Of a stretch of 64,000 nucleotides of DNA, positions 47,675 through 59,928 are shown piece after piece. Under the pieces are notes generated by a model. That model was not told the origin of the DNA. It saw only the letters and a list, made by a program, of their open reading frames with translations, and made no database searches. Source of the stretch: Betaproteobacteria bacterium SG8_41 (lineage in GTDB: Bacteria; Pseudomonadota; Gammaproteobacteria; Burkholderiales; SG8-41); contig LJTT01000007.1 in assembly GCA_001303585.1 (NCBI GenBank), positions 74,031-138,030 of the forward strand. Reading direction: 5' to 3'. A program made the position numbers and the translations under genes. The stretch's first letter is position 1. The number at the start of each line of letters is the position of its first letter.

Positions 47675-48952
47675 TCACGAGGTGCGACCCACGCTTTTCT
47701 TTATAAGGTCGATCGCCTCGTCAATCGATGCCCGCACCTGTTGCGCGGCCTCGCGCAGCGGCTTGAGGCTTACGACACCCGCGCCGGATTCGTCATCGCC
47801 AACGATCACGGCGACGCGCGCCCCGCTTGCGTCCGCCTTCCTCATCTGCGACTTGAAGCTTCCGCCGCCGCAATGCAGGAGCACGTCGAGACCCGCGTCT
47901 CGCAGCACCTCTGCCACACGCGCGCCAAAACGCTCCGCAAGCTCGCCCTGCCGCACGAGGTAGACGTCTGGTACCCGCGAGGGAACTTCGCTGCCGTCCT
48001 TGACCAGCACCAGCAGCCGCTCGATTCCCATCGCGAACCCGCACGCGGGAGCCGGCTTCCCCCCGATTTGCTCGACCAGCCCGTCGTAGCGGCCTCCGGC
48101 GCAAACCGCGTTTTGCGCACCCAGCCGGCCGCTCACCCACTCGTATACGGCACCGTTGTAATAGTCCAGCCCACGGACAAGCCTCGGATTGATCCTGTAG
48201 CTCACCCCCGCGTCGCGCAGCAGCGCCTGCAGCTCGTCGAACGCCTTGATCGAGCTCTCGTCGAGATCGTCGGCGAGCCTGGGCGCCCCTGCGATGAGAT
48301 CCTGCAACGCCGGATTCTTGCTGTCGAGGACCCGCAGGGGGTTCGAGTGCAGCCGGCGCTGCGAATCGCCGTCGAGCTGCGCCTCGTTCCGCTGCAAGTA
48401 TTGGACGAGTCGGGCACGGTAACGCACGCGCGCGTCGCTGTCACCAAGCGTGTTGAGCTCGAGCTCGATTCCGTCGAGGCCCAGCGCGCGCCAGAGGCGA
48501 GCGCACATGACGAGATGCTCCGCGTCGACATCCGGACCGGCAAAGCCCAACGCCTCCACCCCGACCTGGTGAAATTGGCGATAGCGTCCCTTCTGGGGCC
48601 GCTCGTGGCGGAACATCGGCCCCCAATACCAGAGGCGTTGCGGACCCGCATACAGGAGATTGTGCTCGATGACCGCGCGCACGCACGCTGCGGTCCCTTC
48701 CGGGCGCAGCGCCAGGTTCTCTCCGTTCAGCTCATCGACGAAGGTGTACATCTCCTTCTCGACGATATCGGTGGCCGCGCCGATCGAGCGCACGAAGAGA
48801 TCGGTCTGCTCGAGCACGGGCGTGCGGATGTTGCGGTACCCGTACGAGCCCAGCCAATCGCGCACGGTCTCTTCGAAAAACTCCCACAGATAGGACTCGT
48901 CTGGCAGGATGTCGTTCATCCCCCGGATGGCCTGTATTGTCCTGGCGCTCAT
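47675..48952 (-). CDS. hisS: Histidine--tRNA ligase
   Basis: [12 protein letters not shown]..., class II motifs ([24 protein letters not shown]). ATG 48952 is preferred over the listed 48997. Confidence 0.95.
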   Translation of the reverse strand: MSARTIQAIRGMNDILPDESYLWEFFEETVRDWLGSYGYRNIRTPVLEQTDLFVRSIGAATDIVEKEMYTFVDELNGENLALRPEGTAACVRAVIEHNLLYAGPQRLWYWGPMFRHERPQKGRYRQFHQVGVEALGFAGPDVDAEHLVMCARLWRALGLDGIELELNTLGDSDARVRYRARLVQYLQRNEAQLDGDSQRRLHSNPLRVLDSKNPALQDLIAGAPRLADDLDESSIKAFDELQALLRDAGVSYRINPRLVRGLDYYNGAVYEWVSGRLGAQNAVCAGGRYDGLVEQIGGKPAPACGFAMGIERLLVLVKDGSEVPSRVPDVYLVRQGELAERFGARVAEVLRDAGLDVLLHCGGGSFKSQMRKADASGARVAVIVGDDESGAGVVSLKPLREAAQQVRASIDEAIDLIKKSVGRTS

Positions 48953-49049
48953 GGCAGACGGTGGCTGGAAGATTGCTGCTTCAGAATGGCAAACCAAAAA
49001 ATATCGTTATGTTGCGGTCACGGTGCAGCGTGAACGGCTCCCCTGCCGC

Positions 49050-50330
49050 TCACGCGTGGGCCGCGTCCGGCCGCTTCTCGCGCGACGCGTCCACCTGCGC
49101 TGGATACTTTGCAACCACGTATTCTTCGACGAGCCGCTGAAATTCGGCGGCAATATTGTCGCCTTTTAGCGTGACCGTCTTGACGCCATCGACGTACACT
49201 GGCGCCACGGGATTTTCGCCCGAGCCGGGCAGGCTGATGCCCACGTTCGCGTGCTTACTTTCTCCTGGACCATTGACGACACAACCCATCACCGCCACCC
49301 GCATGTTCTCCACGCCCGCATGCCGCCCGCGCCACGACGGCATCTGCGCACGAAGCCAGCTCTGAATGCGGTCGGCGAGCTCCTGGAAGTAGGTGCTGGT
49401 GGTGCGGCCGCAGCCAGGACAGGCGATGACGAGCGGGGTAAACGAGCGCAGACCCATCGTCTGAAGGATCTCCTGGGCAACGACCACCTCTCGAGTACGG
49501 TCGCCCCCCGGCTCCGGGGTCAGCGAAACGCGGATGGTATCGCCAATGCCTTCCTGCAGCAGCACGGCGAGCGCTACGGATGAGGCGACGATCCCCTTCG
49601 ACCCCATGCCCGCTTCGGTCAGACCAAGGTGCAACGCAAAGTCGCCGCGTTGCGCAAGGTCACGATAGACGGCGATCAGGTCCTGCACACCGCTTACCTT
49701 GCACGACAGCACGATCCGGTCATGCGCCAGGCCCAGGCGCTCTGCCTGGCGAGCGCTTTCCAGCGCAGAAGCCACCAGCGCCTTGCGCGTGACGACCGGG
49801 GCGTCGTCGGGTTGCGGCTGGCGCGCATTCTCGTCCATCATGCGCGCCAAAAGCTCCGGGTCAAGACTGCCCCAATTGACGCCGATGCGCACCGGCCGGT
49901 CGTATCGGCAGGCAAACTCGATCATCGTTGCAAACTGATCGTCTCGCCGCGAGCCGCGACCGACATTACCGGGATTGATACGCAGTTTCGCAAGGGCCTC
50001 TGCACAGGCCGGATGCTGCGCCAGCAGCCGATGCCCATTGAAATGAAAATCGCCCACCAGGGGCACGTTCACGCCCATTGCGTCCAGCCGCTCGCGGATG
50101 AGCGGAACGGCTGCAGCCGCGTCAGCGTCGTTGACCGTAATGCGCACGATTTCGGAACCGGCGCGCGCAAGCGCCGCGACCTGATCCACCGTGGCCGCCA
50201 CATTTGCCGTGTCCGTATTCGTCATGGACTGAACGACGATCGGTGCATCTCCCCCGATCGTGACATGCCCAACCCGGACCTGGGCGCTCGTGCGCCGCAC
50301 AGTGGGGCCGTATTCCGGATAGCACTTCAT
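49050..50330 (-). CDS. ispG: 4-hydroxy-3-methylbut-2-en-1-yl diphosphate synthase IspG
   Basis: [22 protein letters not shown]... and a C-terminal ACPGCGRT Fe-S motif. Confidence 0.95.
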   Translation of the reverse strand: MKCYPEYGPTVRRTSAQVRVGHVTIGGDAPIVVQSMTNTDTANVAATVDQVAALARAGSEIVRITVNDADAAAAVPLIRERLDAMGVNVPLVGDFHFNGHRLLAQHPACAEALAKLRINPGNVGRGSRRDDQFATMIEFACRYDRPVRIGVNWGSLDPELLARMMDENARQPQPDDAPVVTRKALVASALESARQAERLGLAHDRIVLSCKVSGVQDLIAVYRDLAQRGDFALHLGLTEAGMGSKGIVASSVALAVLLQEGIGDTIRVSLTPEPGGDRTREVVVAQEILQTMGLRSFTPLVIACPGCGRTTSTYFQELADRIQSWLRAQMPSWRGRHAGVENMRVAVMGCVVNGPGESKHANVGISLPGSGENPVAPVYVDGVKTVTLKGDNIAAEFQRLVEEYVVAKYPAQVDASREKRPDAAHA

Positions 50331-51355
50331 TCCAGAGTCATGCGAGCCACCCCGGTCTTGGAGTGAGGCTCGAGATCCACCACGCGGTCGTCATAAGTTA
50401 GCCGCACGCTCTGGGGGTTGCCGATCACGAACGAAAGCGGCGGGAGCCCGTTCACGGCCTCGCGCGTGCCGGGCGGGTTCAACTGATACAGGAGCACTTT
50501 GCCATGGCGGTCGCGGATCTCGACCCACGACTCATCTTCGAACACGAGCGTGACCTGCCGTTCGGCCGGGTCGGGCGGTACGGATGCGGATTCCGGTTGC
50601 GGGGCAGGCGCCACTGCGGCAGCAGGAGGCGGTGTCACCGAGTCCTCGGGAGCAGGAGCCACTTTGGCTGGCTCGGCTGCAGACTGCTCCGTAGCAGCCT
50701 GTGCGGGCTGTGTGCTCGCCTGAGAGGGAGCGGACGTCTTCTCCGCGGTCACTACCTTTTCCGCATTGGACGGAGCGGCCATTGGTTTAGTGGGGGCGGC
50801 GATCGGCTCAGGCGATGCGGTTTCTGGCTTAGGGATAGCAGCCGCCGGCTCAGGACTCTTCTCCTCCTTCGCTATGGTCAAAGGCAATGGCGGGGGCGTG
50901 ACCTCGATCGGGTGTGTGGTCACCACAGTCTCTTCGCTGCTCACGAAGAACTCATAAAACGCCAGCGCTGCCACGAGCACCACCGCTCCCCATATGTATT
51001 TTCCCCGCCGACGGGGTCGCGATGAGGGAAACGGTATGTTCTGTGACGGCGGTGCTTCGGGCCGTGCGCTTTGCTGCGGAAGGCTGCCGGCCGCCGCCGC
51101 CAGCAATTGGTCCGGATCGAGCTTGACCAGCCGCGCGTAATTGCGAATGAAACCGCGCACAAAGACGACCCCCGGCAGGCGTTCGAATTGTCCGCTCTCC
51201 AGCGCCTCGACTTGCGCCACCGAAAGCTTGAGCTGCCGCGCGACGTCAGCCGCGCTCAGCTTGAGGCGCTCGCGCGCCTCCGCCAGGCGCACGCCGGGTT
51301 GGACCCCCACGTCCGCGCTCGCGTCTTCCGGCGTCCGATCGTCGATTTCGTTCAT
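50327..51355 (-). CDS. rodZ: Cytoskeleton protein RodZ
   Basis: N-terminal HTH ([23 protein letters not shown]), a TM helix, a Pro/Ala-rich linker and a C-terminal DUF4115-like domain. Confidence 0.85.
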   Translation of the reverse strand: MNEIDDRTPEDASADVGVQPGVRLAEARERLKLSAADVARQLKLSVAQVEALESGQFERLPGVVFVRGFIRNYARLVKLDPDQLLAAAAGSLPQQSARPEAPPSQNIPFPSSRPRRRGKYIWGAVVLVAALAFYEFFVSSEETVVTTHPIEVTPPPLPLTIAKEEKSPEPAAAIPKPETASPEPIAAPTKPMAAPSNAEKVVTAEKTSAPSQASTQPAQAATEQSAAEPAKVAPAPEDSVTPPPAAAVAPAPQPESASVPPDPAERQVTLVFEDESWVEIRDRHGKVLLYQLNPPGTREAVNGLPPLSFVIGNPQSVRLTYDDRVVDLEPHSKTGVARMTLE

Positions 51356-52146
51356 TCGAACTGGCCCGCGCTCAGGGCGCGCGCCTCTCTGGAATCAGGA
51401 AAATTCTTCCGCAGCTGCTGCGCATAGCTTGCCGCCGACGCAGCGTCACCCACATTACGCTCGATGCGGATCGCCAGCCACAGCGCCTCGGCGTTGGGCT
51501 GCACGGCGCGCATCAGACGATCAATGTGTCCCTTGGCCGCATCGTAGTTGCGTTCTTCGTAGTTCAGCTCGGCCAGGTTGTACAGCGCCTGTGGCTGGTT
51601 TGGCCGCAGCCGCAGCGCCTGCCGGAGGTAGCCCTTTGCCGCTTCGGCGTCGCCCATCCGACGCGCGCAAACCCCCGCATTGACGTAAGAGCGCTCGGGC
51701 GTCCGGTATAGCGGGTTTCGCACTGCCGCCATGAAATAGCCAATGCCTTCCTTCTCGCGCTTGCGCTCGCACAGAAACTGCCCGTAATTGTGATTGGCGT
51801 CCGAGTCGAGCGCATTGATTGTCAATGCGCGCCGAAAGCTCGCTTCTGCCTGGCTGTCCCGCTTGAGCGCCGCATAAACCAGCCCAGCGGCGTTATGTCC
51901 CGGGCCATAGTCCGGATCGATCTGCACCGCCGTCTTCGCTTCCTCGAGGGCAACGCCCATGTTGCCCAGCTGGTAATAGCTGGCTGCCAGCTCGGTATGA
52001 ATACGCGCCCGAACGCGGGTCTGGGATTCGTCACCGGTGGTCGGCATCGCCGGCCTGAGCTCCCCGTCCGCGCCCGGCTGCGTTGCGCACCCTGCCGCAA
52101 GCGCGCCTATCAGGCAAAAGGCGGGCACCAGCGACTTCATGGTCAT
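51352..52146 (-). CDS. pilW: Type IV pilus biogenesis/stability TPR lipoprotein (PilW/PilF)
   Basis: Lipobox LAAGC, TPR repeats, conserved rlmN-pilW-rodZ position. Confidence 0.8.
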   Translation of the reverse strand: MTMKSLVPAFCLIGALAAGCATQPGADGELRPAMPTTGDESQTRVRARIHTELAASYYQLGNMGVALEEAKTAVQIDPDYGPGHNAAGLVYAALKRDSQAEASFRRALTINALDSDANHNYGQFLCERKREKEGIGYFMAAVRNPLYRTPERSYVNAGVCARRMGDAEAAKGYLRQALRLRPNQPQALYNLAELNYEERNYDAAKGHIDRLMRAVQPNAEALWLAIRIERNVGDAASAASYAQQLRKNFPDSREARALSAGQFE

Positions 52147-53231
52147 CGTGCCACCTCCTCCACATTGCGGCGTTGCCTGCGCTTCGTGCGGTCTTGCACC
52201 TGCCCCGCCAGCTGTCCGCAGGCCGCCTCGATGTCATCGCCGCGTGTCTTGCGGATCGTGGCCAGCAGACCTGCTTGCATCAAGACGTCGCGAAAACGGG
52301 CAATGGAATCAGGAGCGGAGCGTACGTAGCGCGAATCCGCGAAGGCATTGAACGGGATCAGGTTGATCTTGCAGGGCACGTCCTTCACGAGCGACACCAG
52401 CTCGCGCGCATGGCCCACGCTATCGTTTACGCCGCCCAGCATGACGTACTCGAACATGATGAAGTTACGCGGCGCCCGGTCGAGGTAGCGCACGCACGCG
52501 GCGAGCAGCTCCTTGATGGGATATTTGCGGTTGATCGGCACCAGACGATCCCTGAGCTCGTCATTGGACGCGTGCAGCGAAACCGCAAGCGCGACCGGAC
52601 ACGCGTCCCGCAGCCGGTCGATGCCGGGCACCAGACCCGCGGTCGAGACCGTAACGCGGCGCCGGGAGAGCCCGTAGGCCAGATCATCGAGCATGAGCTC
52701 CAGCGCCGCCACGACGTTGTCGAAATTCGCGAGCGGCTCGCCCATGCCCATCATCACCACGTTGCTGATTGGACGATCGGCGGAGACGCCCCGGCCCAGG
52801 CATCGGTTCGCCCACCATAACTGGCTGATGATCTCCTCCGTCGACAGGTTCCGGTTGAAGCCCTGCGCTCCCGTCGAGCAGAACGAGCACTCGAGTGCGC
52901 ACCCGGCCTGCGACGATATGCACAACGTGCCGCGGTTTTCCTCTGGGATAAAAACAGTCTCGATTGCATTGCCTGTGCCGACGTCGAGCAGCCATTTATG
53001 CGTGCCATCACCGGCCGTGCTGTCGCGTATGACTCGCGGAGCCGTAATGCGCGCGCAATCCTGAAGCCGCGTGCGCAGCGCCTTCGACATGTCAGTCATG
53101 AGGTCAAAATCGTCAACGCCGGCCTGATGGATCCAGCGCAGCAACTGCCGCGCGCGATACGGCTTCTCGCCCAAGCCGGCGCAGAAGGCCTTCAGTCCTT
53201 CCTGATCGAGCCCGAGCAGGTTCACCGTCAT
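52143..53231 (-). CDS. rlmN: Dual-specificity RNA methyltransferase RlmN (radical SAM)
   Basis: [32 protein letters not shown] 53231 was chosen because the listed ORF (to 53432) overlaps ndk. Confidence 0.93.
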   Translation of the reverse strand: MTVNLLGLDQEGLKAFCAGLGEKPYRARQLLRWIHQAGVDDFDLMTDMSKALRTRLQDCARITAPRVIRDSTAGDGTHKWLLDVGTGNAIETVFIPEENRGTLCISSQAGCALECSFCSTGAQGFNRNLSTEEIISQLWWANRCLGRGVSADRPISNVVMMGMGEPLANFDNVVAALELMLDDLAYGLSRRRVTVSTAGLVPGIDRLRDACPVALAVSLHASNDELRDRLVPINRKYPIKELLAACVRYLDRAPRNFIMFEYVMLGGVNDSVGHARELVSLVKDVPCKINLIPFNAFADSRYVRSAPDSIARFRDVLMQAGLLATIRKTRGDDIEAACGQLAGQVQDRTKRRQRRNVEEVAR

Positions 53232-53244
53232 CACCACGTCGCGT

Positions 53245-53670
53245 TCAGCGCGAATAAATTTCCTGTTTGGAAAAAAAATAGGCGATTTCTGTTGATGCCG
53301 TCTGCGGCGAATCTGAGCCGTGCACCGCGTTGGCATCGATGCTTTGAGCGAAATCCGCCCGGATAGTGCCCTTCTCGGCTTTTCGGGGATCGGTTGCCCC
53401 CATGAGGTCACGGTTTTTCTGAATCGCGTCATCGCCTTCCAGCACTTGAATCATGACCGGCCCCGACGTCATGAAATCAACCAAGTCCTTGAAAAACGGC
53501 CGTTCTCTGTGCACCTCGTAGAACCCCTCAGCCTCGGCGCGCGAGAGCCACTTCATGCGCGCCGCGACGATCTTCAGTCCCGCCTGCTCGAATCGTCCGT
53601 AAATGCTGCCAATGACATTCTTGGCGACGGCATCCGGCTTGATTATTGACAACGTACGTTCGACTGCCAT
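53245..53670 (-). CDS. ndk: Nucleoside diphosphate kinase
   Basis: [21 protein letters not shown]...NAVHGSDS. Confidence 0.97.
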   Translation of the reverse strand: MAVERTLSIIKPDAVAKNVIGSIYGRFEQAGLKIVAARMKWLSRAEAEGFYEVHRERPFFKDLVDFMTSGPVMIQVLEGDDAIQKNRDLMGATDPRKAEKGTIRADFAQSIDANAVHGSDSPQTASTEIAYFFSKQEIYSR

Positions 53671-53875
53671 TAAGCTTCCCCCCGCTGATGCGTGTACTTT
53701 ACGCCGAGCGCGAAGGATAACACGGTAAGGCTTTGAAATGAAGAGATTTCAGGCCAAATTCAGTCCTCGGTACGACCCTGGATCCACCGCCTGTTTGGAG
53801 CCGCACGGCCCGGCACAGCATCAGCTCTGGCGGGCCGCCCCTCGGCCTAGCCCTACGATCACGAGACGGGCACGG

Positions 53876-55285
53876 CTACCGCGCCGCACGCTTCCATTCG
53901 GGTCGGACCGCGGCCTCATCCGCGCGCGCCTGGAAAGCACTATCGATGCCGACTTCGGGCACCCAGACCAAAACATTCCCGCAATAAATCAGAGGCAAGC
54001 GGTCTCGTTGCCAGGGTGCAACGCGCGCTTCCTGCAGCAGGTTTTTAAGGCTGCGACGCGGCCGGCGGGCGTCCGGCTGGAATCGCTCGCCGCCCTGTCG
54101 CGAGCGGATCGTCACAGGCCCTCCACCCAAGCGCGCCAGGCTGATGCCATGATCGCGGCTGCGCCGAAACAACAGGGTGCCGCCCAACTCGGGCAGATCG
54201 ATCTTGCGCTCGCCGCGCCAGCGCCGAATATACCCTTCGGACAGCGGCCGACTGGCGGGAACCACGTGAAGGCGATCAGCGTAACGCCGTAGCACGCTGT
54301 CATCGAGCACGACAGCGACACGGGCATCCTGGCGTGCGGTCAGGACCTGCCGCAGCGCCTCCTCGAGCCGCTCGACATTCGGCATCATCGCTCCCCGGCG
54401 TGCCAGGAAAAAACGCAGCAGGTTGCGAGCACGGGCGCTCGAAAGGCCACGAAGCGGCGCTACCGCGAGTGTTTCGCCGTCGAACCAGTCCGCCGCATCC
54501 TGCTCGGCAAGCTCATCCAGCAGCTCGCCGGCTTCGGCCATATGGCCCGCGCTTCGCGCCAAAGTGGCGCGATAAGAAGGAAAGCGCCGGGCAATCACGG
54601 GCAGCACTTCGTGGCGCAGGAAGTTGCGGCGGAAGTCGACGCTGGCGTTGCTCTCGTCTTCGATCCATTCAAGGCGCCGCACGCGGGCGTACTCGAGAAT
54701 CTCGGTGCGCGTCACATCAAGCATCGGCCGCAATATGGCTGGTGATGGGCGAGTCCCGCGCGGGCACTGGACGCCTTCCGCTTTTAGCCTTTCGCGTTTC
54801 GCTTTCCGGATAAGCGGCATGGCCGCAAGCCCTCTCACGCCGGCGCCCCGCAGCATCTGCAGCAACAGCGTCTCGACCTGATCATCCTGGTGCTGCGCGA
54901 GAACGATGTAATCCGCCTGCTGCGCGTTGAACACCGAATAGCGCGCCGCGCGCGCGGCAGCCTCCACACTGTCGCCGGGCGCCACCCGCACCCTCACACT
55001 TGCATACGGAATCTTTCGCGCCCGGCACTGGCGGCGGCAAAACGCCTCCCAAAGTCCCGCGTTCGGGCTCAATTGGTGATTCACGTGCAAGGCGCCCACG
55101 TGGACGCGCAGCCGGGCAGCAACGCGCAGCAGGCAATCAAGCAGCACGATCGAATCAACGCCCCCACTCAATCCCACTACGAGCTGGTCACGAAACGAAA
55201 CAATCGGGGCAAGCCGCGCCAGCAGGCGCGCGGCCAGGTCGGGAGGACGCGCCCTACTTTTGCTCGACTTCCTTGAACCTGCCAT
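53876..55285 (-). CDS. tilS: tRNA(Ile)-lysidine synthase TilS
   Basis: PP-loop VGLSGGVDS. 469 aa. Conserved accA-tilS order. 32-nt overlap with accA. Confidence 0.88.
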   Translation of the reverse strand: MAGSRKSSKSRARPPDLAARLLARLAPIVSFRDQLVVGLSGGVDSIVLLDCLLRVAARLRVHVGALHVNHQLSPNAGLWEAFCRRQCRARKIPYASVRVRVAPGDSVEAAARAARYSVFNAQQADYIVLAQHQDDQVETLLLQMLRGAGVRGLAAMPLIRKAKRERLKAEGVQCPRGTRPSPAILRPMLDVTRTEILEYARVRRLEWIEDESNASVDFRRNFLRHEVLPVIARRFPSYRATLARSAGHMAEAGELLDELAEQDAADWFDGETLAVAPLRGLSSARARNLLRFFLARRGAMMPNVERLEEALRQVLTARQDARVAVVLDDSVLRRYADRLHVVPASRPLSEGYIRRWRGERKIDLPELGGTLLFRRSRDHGISLARLGGGPVTIRSRQGGERFQPDARRPRRSLKNLLQEARVAPWQRDRLPLIYCGNVLVWVPEVGIDSAFQARADEAAVRPEWKRAAR

Positions 55286-56222
55286 GGCCGACGAGCCGGT
55301 CGAAGCGCCGCTCGAGCAGCTCGTCGAGGGGAATGTCCTTGAGCTGCCGCCAGGTATCCTGCAGAGCCTTCTTGAGGTTTTGCATCATCGCGTCGTAGTC
55401 ACGATGCGCGCCGCCCAGCGGCTCGTTGACAATCTTGTCCACGAGACCCAGCGCTTTCAGGCGGGGGGCTGTGATACCAAGCGTCTCGGCCGCCTCTTCG
55501 GCGTAATCAGCGCTCTTCCACAGGATCGACGCGCAGCCTTCCGGTGAAATCACGGAGTACGTGGCGTATTGCAGCATGAGCAGCGCGTCCCCCACCGCGA
55601 TGGCGAGCGCGCCCCCCGAGCCGCCTTCCCCGATGACGGTGCAGATAATGGGAATGCGCAACTCGGTCATCGTGTAAAGATTACGGCCGATTGCTTCCGA
55701 CTGACCGCGCTCTTCGGCGCCAACGCCCGGGTAGGCGCCCGGCGTATCGATAAAGCTGAACACGGGAATGCCGAAGCGCTCTGCAAGCTTCATGAGGCGA
55801 ATCGCCTTGCGATAGCCTTCGGGCTTTGGCATGCCAAAGTTGCGCAGGATCTTCTCCTTGGTGTCGCGCCCTTTCTGGTGCCCGATCACCATGCACGGCT
55901 CGCCATTCATCCGGGCGAGCCCGCCCACGATCGCCAGGTCATCGGCAAAGGTACGGTCGCCATGCAGCTCCTCGAAATCCGTGAACAGCCCGGCGATGTA
56001 GTCGAGTGTGTAAGGCCGCTGCGGGTGGCGCGCGACTTGTGCGATTTGCCAGGCAGTGAGCTTGGCGTAGATGTCCTTGGTAAGCGCCTGGCTTTTCTTT
56101 CGCAGCCGCGCGATATCCTCGGAAATGTCGAGTGCCGAATCGTCCTGCACGTAGCGCAACTCGTCGATCTTCGCCTCGAGTTCGGCAACGGGCTGCTCGA
56201 AATCCAGAAACGTCGTCTTCAT
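55254..56222 (-). CDS. accA: Acetyl-CoA carboxylase carboxyltransferase alpha subunit
   Basis: [23 protein letters not shown]...[23 protein letters not shown]-like core. Confidence 0.96.
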   Translation of the reverse strand: MKTTFLDFEQPVAELEAKIDELRYVQDDSALDISEDIARLRKKSQALTKDIYAKLTAWQIAQVARHPQRPYTLDYIAGLFTDFEELHGDRTFADDLAIVGGLARMNGEPCMVIGHQKGRDTKEKILRNFGMPKPEGYRKAIRLMKLAERFGIPVFSFIDTPGAYPGVGAEERGQSEAIGRNLYTMTELRIPIICTVIGEGGSGGALAIAVGDALLMLQYATYSVISPEGCASILWKSADYAEEAAETLGITAPRLKALGLVDKIVNEPLGGAHRDYDAMMQNLKKALQDTWRQLKDIPLDELLERRFDRLVGHGRFKEVEQK

Positions 56223-56311
56223 CGCCTGTCAATGATACCGGATCGGATGCCGTGACGGGGAAAGGACGAGGAGCGGCAAGACCGGCCGCGGACTGCGAAC
56301 CGGCTGAAACG

Positions 56312-56353
56312 CAACATTCAACATTCAACATTCAACATTCAACATTCAATATC
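56312..56353. repeat. Tandem heptamer (CAACATT)x5 plus one degenerate unit
   Basis: Perfect units start at 56312, 56319, 56326, 56333 and 56340, then CAATATC. It lies between the ggt stop and the accA start. Confidence 0.9.
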
Positions 56354-56363
56354 GACCACCTCG

Positions 56364-58088
56364 CTAATACCAAGCGACATCCCCGCCACGCGGATCGTTT
56401 GCGATGCTCACAGTGCCGTTTGCTTTCGACTTGAAAACGGCCTGCATGTTGCCCCACTTCCGTTTCACCGTTCGCAGACGGTGGCCTTTTGCTTCCAGGC
56501 CCGACTGCCATTCAGGGCTGAAGCTGTCCAGCTCGATCTCGACCCGGTCGGGCCACCATTGATGGTGATAGCGCGGCGCACCCACGATCCGCGCCAGATC
56601 GACTGTTGTCGACCCGACGTAATCCAGTATCGCAAGCAGCTGCTGGCTCACGATGCGGGATCCGCCCGGGGCGCCGATGATCAGAATTCCCTTCTCGTCC
56701 TCCACGAATGCCGGCGTCATGCTTGACAGCGGCCGCTTGCGGGGAGCGACCGCATTCGCGGCTCCACCGCGCAGGCGGAATGCATTCGGCACGTCTGCCT
56801 TCAAGGAAAAATCGTCCATCTCGTTATTAAGGAGCACGCCGGTACCTGAAGCGACGATGCCGGAGCCGAACAGCAGATTGATGCTCAGCGTTGCAGCCAC
56901 CCGATTACCCATGCGGTCGATAATCGACAGGTGGGTCGTGTTACCGCTCGCCGGCGGCATGGACCGCTTGTTACCCAGCTCCTCGCTCTTTGTCGCCCTC
57001 GCCGGATCGATCGTGGCGGCGCGGCGCGCCGCGTAATCCCGGCTGGTCAGCCTCTCCACGGGCACGGCGACGAAATCATCATCGCCCAGGTGGAGCGCTC
57101 GATCCTGAAAGGCGCGCCGAAGCGCTTCGATCACCAGATGCGCGTTGCGCGGCGCCCGGGCGTCCGCGAACTCGAAGCGCTCGAGCATCTGAAGCGAGTG
57201 CGCGAGCGCGATCCCTCCCGCCGAAGGCAGCGCCACGGTTGTAATCGTAGCGCCTCGATAATCGATGCGAAGCGGTGTCCGCTCGACCACACGGTAGTTC
57301 TCGAGATCTGCCGGCTGCCAGACCCCCCCTGCCCGGTTCACCGCCGCGACCAGCGCCTGCGCCACGAAACCGCGATAGAAGCCATCACGGCCGCGGGCGC
57401 CAACGCGCTCCATCGTCTCCGCCAGTGCCGGCTGCCGCAGAACGAAACCGGGACGCGGTGCCCCGTCGTTGTCGAGGAAGGTTCGGGCTGCCACAGGCAG
57501 GCTCTGAAGGAAGCGCTCGCGCAGCTTGGCAATGCGCGCGTAGCGCGAACCCACCTCGAAGCCTTCACGCGCATAGCGAACCGCGGGTCCGAGCGACACG
57601 GACAGCGGCAGACTTCCATAACGCTCGGCAATATGAACCAGCGCCGCCGGGACACCCGGTACGGCCACCGACTTGCCGCCACGGCGCGTGGCGCCGGGAA
57701 TGGGCTTACCATCAGCATCGAAAAACAGGTCGGGAGTCGCTGCGCTCGGGGCAACCTCCCGGCTATCGACCATCACCTCATGCCCGTCGCGCGCCCGGTG
57801 CAACAACCAGAATCCCCCGCCGCCCAGTCCTGAGGAATACGGCTCCACAACCGCCAGCGCCGCCGCAACCGCAACGGCCGCGTCGAACGCATTGCCTCCC
57901 CGACCGAAGATCTCGTGCCCGGCCTCGGTCGCCAGCGGATGAGCCGAGGCGATTGCCGCCTGCTCTGCCGCCGGCAAGTCCTGTGAACGGGCGGCCCGTG
58001 GCCCGACAAGCGCAAGCGCAACGATGGCGGTCGCGCACCATGCGCCAAACCATCCGATGGAACCGATTCGGCGCCCGAGCATCAACAC
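56364..58088 (-). CDS. ggt: Gamma-glutamyltransferase
   Basis: Signal peptide and the autoprocessing site region GNTTHLSI; 574 aa. Confidence 0.9.
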   Translation of the reverse strand: MLMLGRRIGSIGWFGAWCATAIVALALVGPRAARSQDLPAAEQAAIASAHPLATEAGHEIFGRGGNAFDAAVAVAAALAVVEPYSSGLGGGGFWLLHRARDGHEVMVDSREVAPSAATPDLFFDADGKPIPGATRRGGKSVAVPGVPAALVHIAERYGSLPLSVSLGPAVRYAREGFEVGSRYARIAKLRERFLQSLPVAARTFLDNDGAPRPGFVLRQPALAETMERVGARGRDGFYRGFVAQALVAAVNRAGGVWQPADLENYRVVERTPLRIDYRGATITTVALPSAGGIALAHSLQMLERFEFADARAPRNAHLVIEALRRAFQDRALHLGDDDFVAVPVERLTSRDYAARRAATIDPARATKSEELGNKRSMPPASGNTTHLSIIDRMGNRVAATLSINLLFGSGIVASGTGVLLNNEMDDFSLKADVPNAFRLRGGAANAVAPRKRPLSSMTPAFVEDEKGILIIGAPGGSRIVSQQLLAILDYVGSTTVDLARIVGAPRYHHQWWPDRVEIELDSFSPEWQSGLEAKGHRLRTVKRKWGNMQAVFKSKANGTVSIANDPRGGDVAWY

Positions 58089-58190
58089 AGCGGATCTGCG
58101 GCCGATGGCCGCGCACGCTGACCGGGAAACATCGCGTCCACCGTAAGGTCGATCAACCCGCGCGCCACGGACTTACCTACGCGCAAAAGA

Positions 58191-59264
58191 TCAGCGCGCG
58201 ATACGGCGTATTTCTTTGACGACGGCCTGGGTGACCTCGGCTGTTTTCGCGCGCCCGCCCAGATCAGGCGTCTTGATTCCCGCGTTGAGCACGGCGATCA
58301 TGGCCTTGAGAACCACGTCATGAGCGGCGGGATAGCCCAGGTGCTCGAGCATCAACGCACCGCTCCAGATCTGGCCCAGCGGATTGGCTATGCCCTTGCC
58401 GACAATGTCCGGCGCCGAGCCATGCACCGGCTCGAAGCAGGAGGGGTAACGCTTTTCGGGATTGAGGTTGGCCGAGGCTCCGATGCCGATCGAGCCCGCG
58501 ATGGCCGCGCCGAGATCGGTGAGGATGTCACCAAAGAGATTGCTGCCCACCACCACGCCAAAGTTGTGGGGATGCGTGACAAAGCGCGCCGCCAGCGCGT
58601 CGATGTGCATCTGATCGGCGGCAATGCCGGGATATTTCTTCGCCACCTGCCAGAATACCTCGTCCCAGAAGGGCATGCTGAAGTTGATGCCGTTTGACTT
58701 CGTCGCCGAGGTTACCTTTTTCTTGCGCTTCTTGCGGGCGAGCTCGAACGCGTAGCGGATGATGCGTTCGGTACCGTGCCGCGTGAAAACGTTCAATTGC
58801 GTCACCAACTCGTGCGGCGTGTCCGTGTGCAGGCGCCCGCCCATGTTGGAATACTCGCCTTCGTTGTTTTCCCGGACGACGATGAAGTCGATATCCTGCG
58901 GCCCGCGGCCTGCGAGCGGAGAGCGCACGCCCGGAAGCAGTTTCACCGGCCGCACGCACGCATACTGCTGGAAGCCGCGACGGATCGGGATCAGCAAACC
59001 CCACAAGGAGATATGGTCCGCCACCCCGGGAAAGCCGACGGCGCCGAGAAAAATCGCATCGGAGTCGCCGATGCGCTGCAAACCATCGTCGGGCATCATG
59101 CGGCCGTGCTTGAGATAGTAAGCACAGCTCCATGGATGTGATTTGTAGCGGAACCGGAATCCGCCATGCACTTCACCGGCAACGTCCAGTATCCTCTGCC
59201 CGGCCGGCACGACTTCACGTCCAATGCCATCGCCGGGTATCAACGCGATATCGAAACGCTTCAT
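58191..59264 (-). CDS. Tartrate dehydrogenase/decarboxylase-like enzyme (isocitrate/isopropylmalate dehydrogenase family)
   Basis: IALIPGDGIGREVV..., NLFGDILTDLGA..., 357 aa. Resembles TtuC/D-malate dehydrogenase more than LeuB. Confidence 0.8.
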   Translation of the reverse strand: MKRFDIALIPGDGIGREVVPAGQRILDVAGEVHGGFRFRYKSHPWSCAYYLKHGRMMPDDGLQRIGDSDAIFLGAVGFPGVADHISLWGLLIPIRRGFQQYACVRPVKLLPGVRSPLAGRGPQDIDFIVVRENNEGEYSNMGGRLHTDTPHELVTQLNVFTRHGTERIIRYAFELARKKRKKKVTSATKSNGINFSMPFWDEVFWQVAKKYPGIAADQMHIDALAARFVTHPHNFGVVVGSNLFGDILTDLGAAIAGSIGIGASANLNPEKRYPSCFEPVHGSAPDIVGKGIANPLGQIWSGALMLEHLGYPAAHDVVLKAMIAVLNAGIKTPDLGGRAKTAEVTQAVVKEIRRIAR

Positions 59265-59319
59265 TGCGGCTCCCCTGCGGAGTAAAGGCCGTTATCATAG
59301 CATTTGGACCACCGAACCC

Positions 59320-59802
59320 ATGATCGACGAGCCACACGATTCGAAACCATCCGCACGAGCGCGACTGTGGAAAGCCGCTTTTATGCTGATCGCGGCGGTA
59401 TATGCCTGGCCGGTATTTTGGGTTGCGCACGATCGCGTCCAGGAAGTCAACCGCAAGCAGCGCCACCAGTTGATCGTCCGGCACCAGCTCTGGGAGCTTC
59501 ATCCGGAATACGCAGGCACGCCACAGACGTGGACGCGCTTCGCGTCGATCCTGCTGTCCGACCGCCAGCTGATGCGGCGGATCAAGAGGAAATATGGCGC
59601 CCTCGCCGAGCAGATCGAGCTCGACTACCACCGCGACCTGTTCATCGCGCAGGCAGAAGTCGTCCTCGTGGCGGGCGCGCTGTGGGCGTTGCCTCTGGTG
59701 GTTCTCTACGGCGTCGGCGAGCTGGCCGCGCGCCGTCGCCAGCCGGTGCGCCCCCCGGAGCCCGAGCGCTCCGCCACGTCCGATTCGCGGTACCGCCCGT
59801 GA
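59320..59802 (+). CDS. Hypothetical membrane protein (160 aa, two predicted TM helices)
   Basis: ATG 59320. Hydrophobic segments AAFMLIAAVYAWPVFWVA and VVLVAGALWALPLVVLYGV. No family recognised. Confidence 0.5.
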   Translation: MIDEPHDSKPSARARLWKAAFMLIAAVYAWPVFWVAHDRVQEVNRKQRHQLIVRHQLWELHPEYAGTPQTWTRFASILLSDRQLMRRIKRKYGALAEQIELDYHRDLFIAQAEVVLVAGALWALPLVVLYGVGELAARRRQPVRPPEPERSATSDSRYRP

Positions 59803-59928
59803 TCCGCTACCATGCCGGCCTGGCGCACGGCGCGCGGAGCAAGCTTCGGGCCGCCGCAGCGCGCCGGCCGCAGAACGAGACGACTCGACGGCCGCAGACA
59901 ATCAAGAGCGGAAGGACCACGAACGTCC

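Noticed and set aside
53738-53765. TGAAAT-GAAGAG-ATTTCA palindrome between tilS and ndk, considered as a terminator or operator.
   Set aside because: The arms are only 6 bp, no U-tract follows, and no known consensus is matched. It may be a degenerate member of the heptad family, but the evidence is too thin to call.
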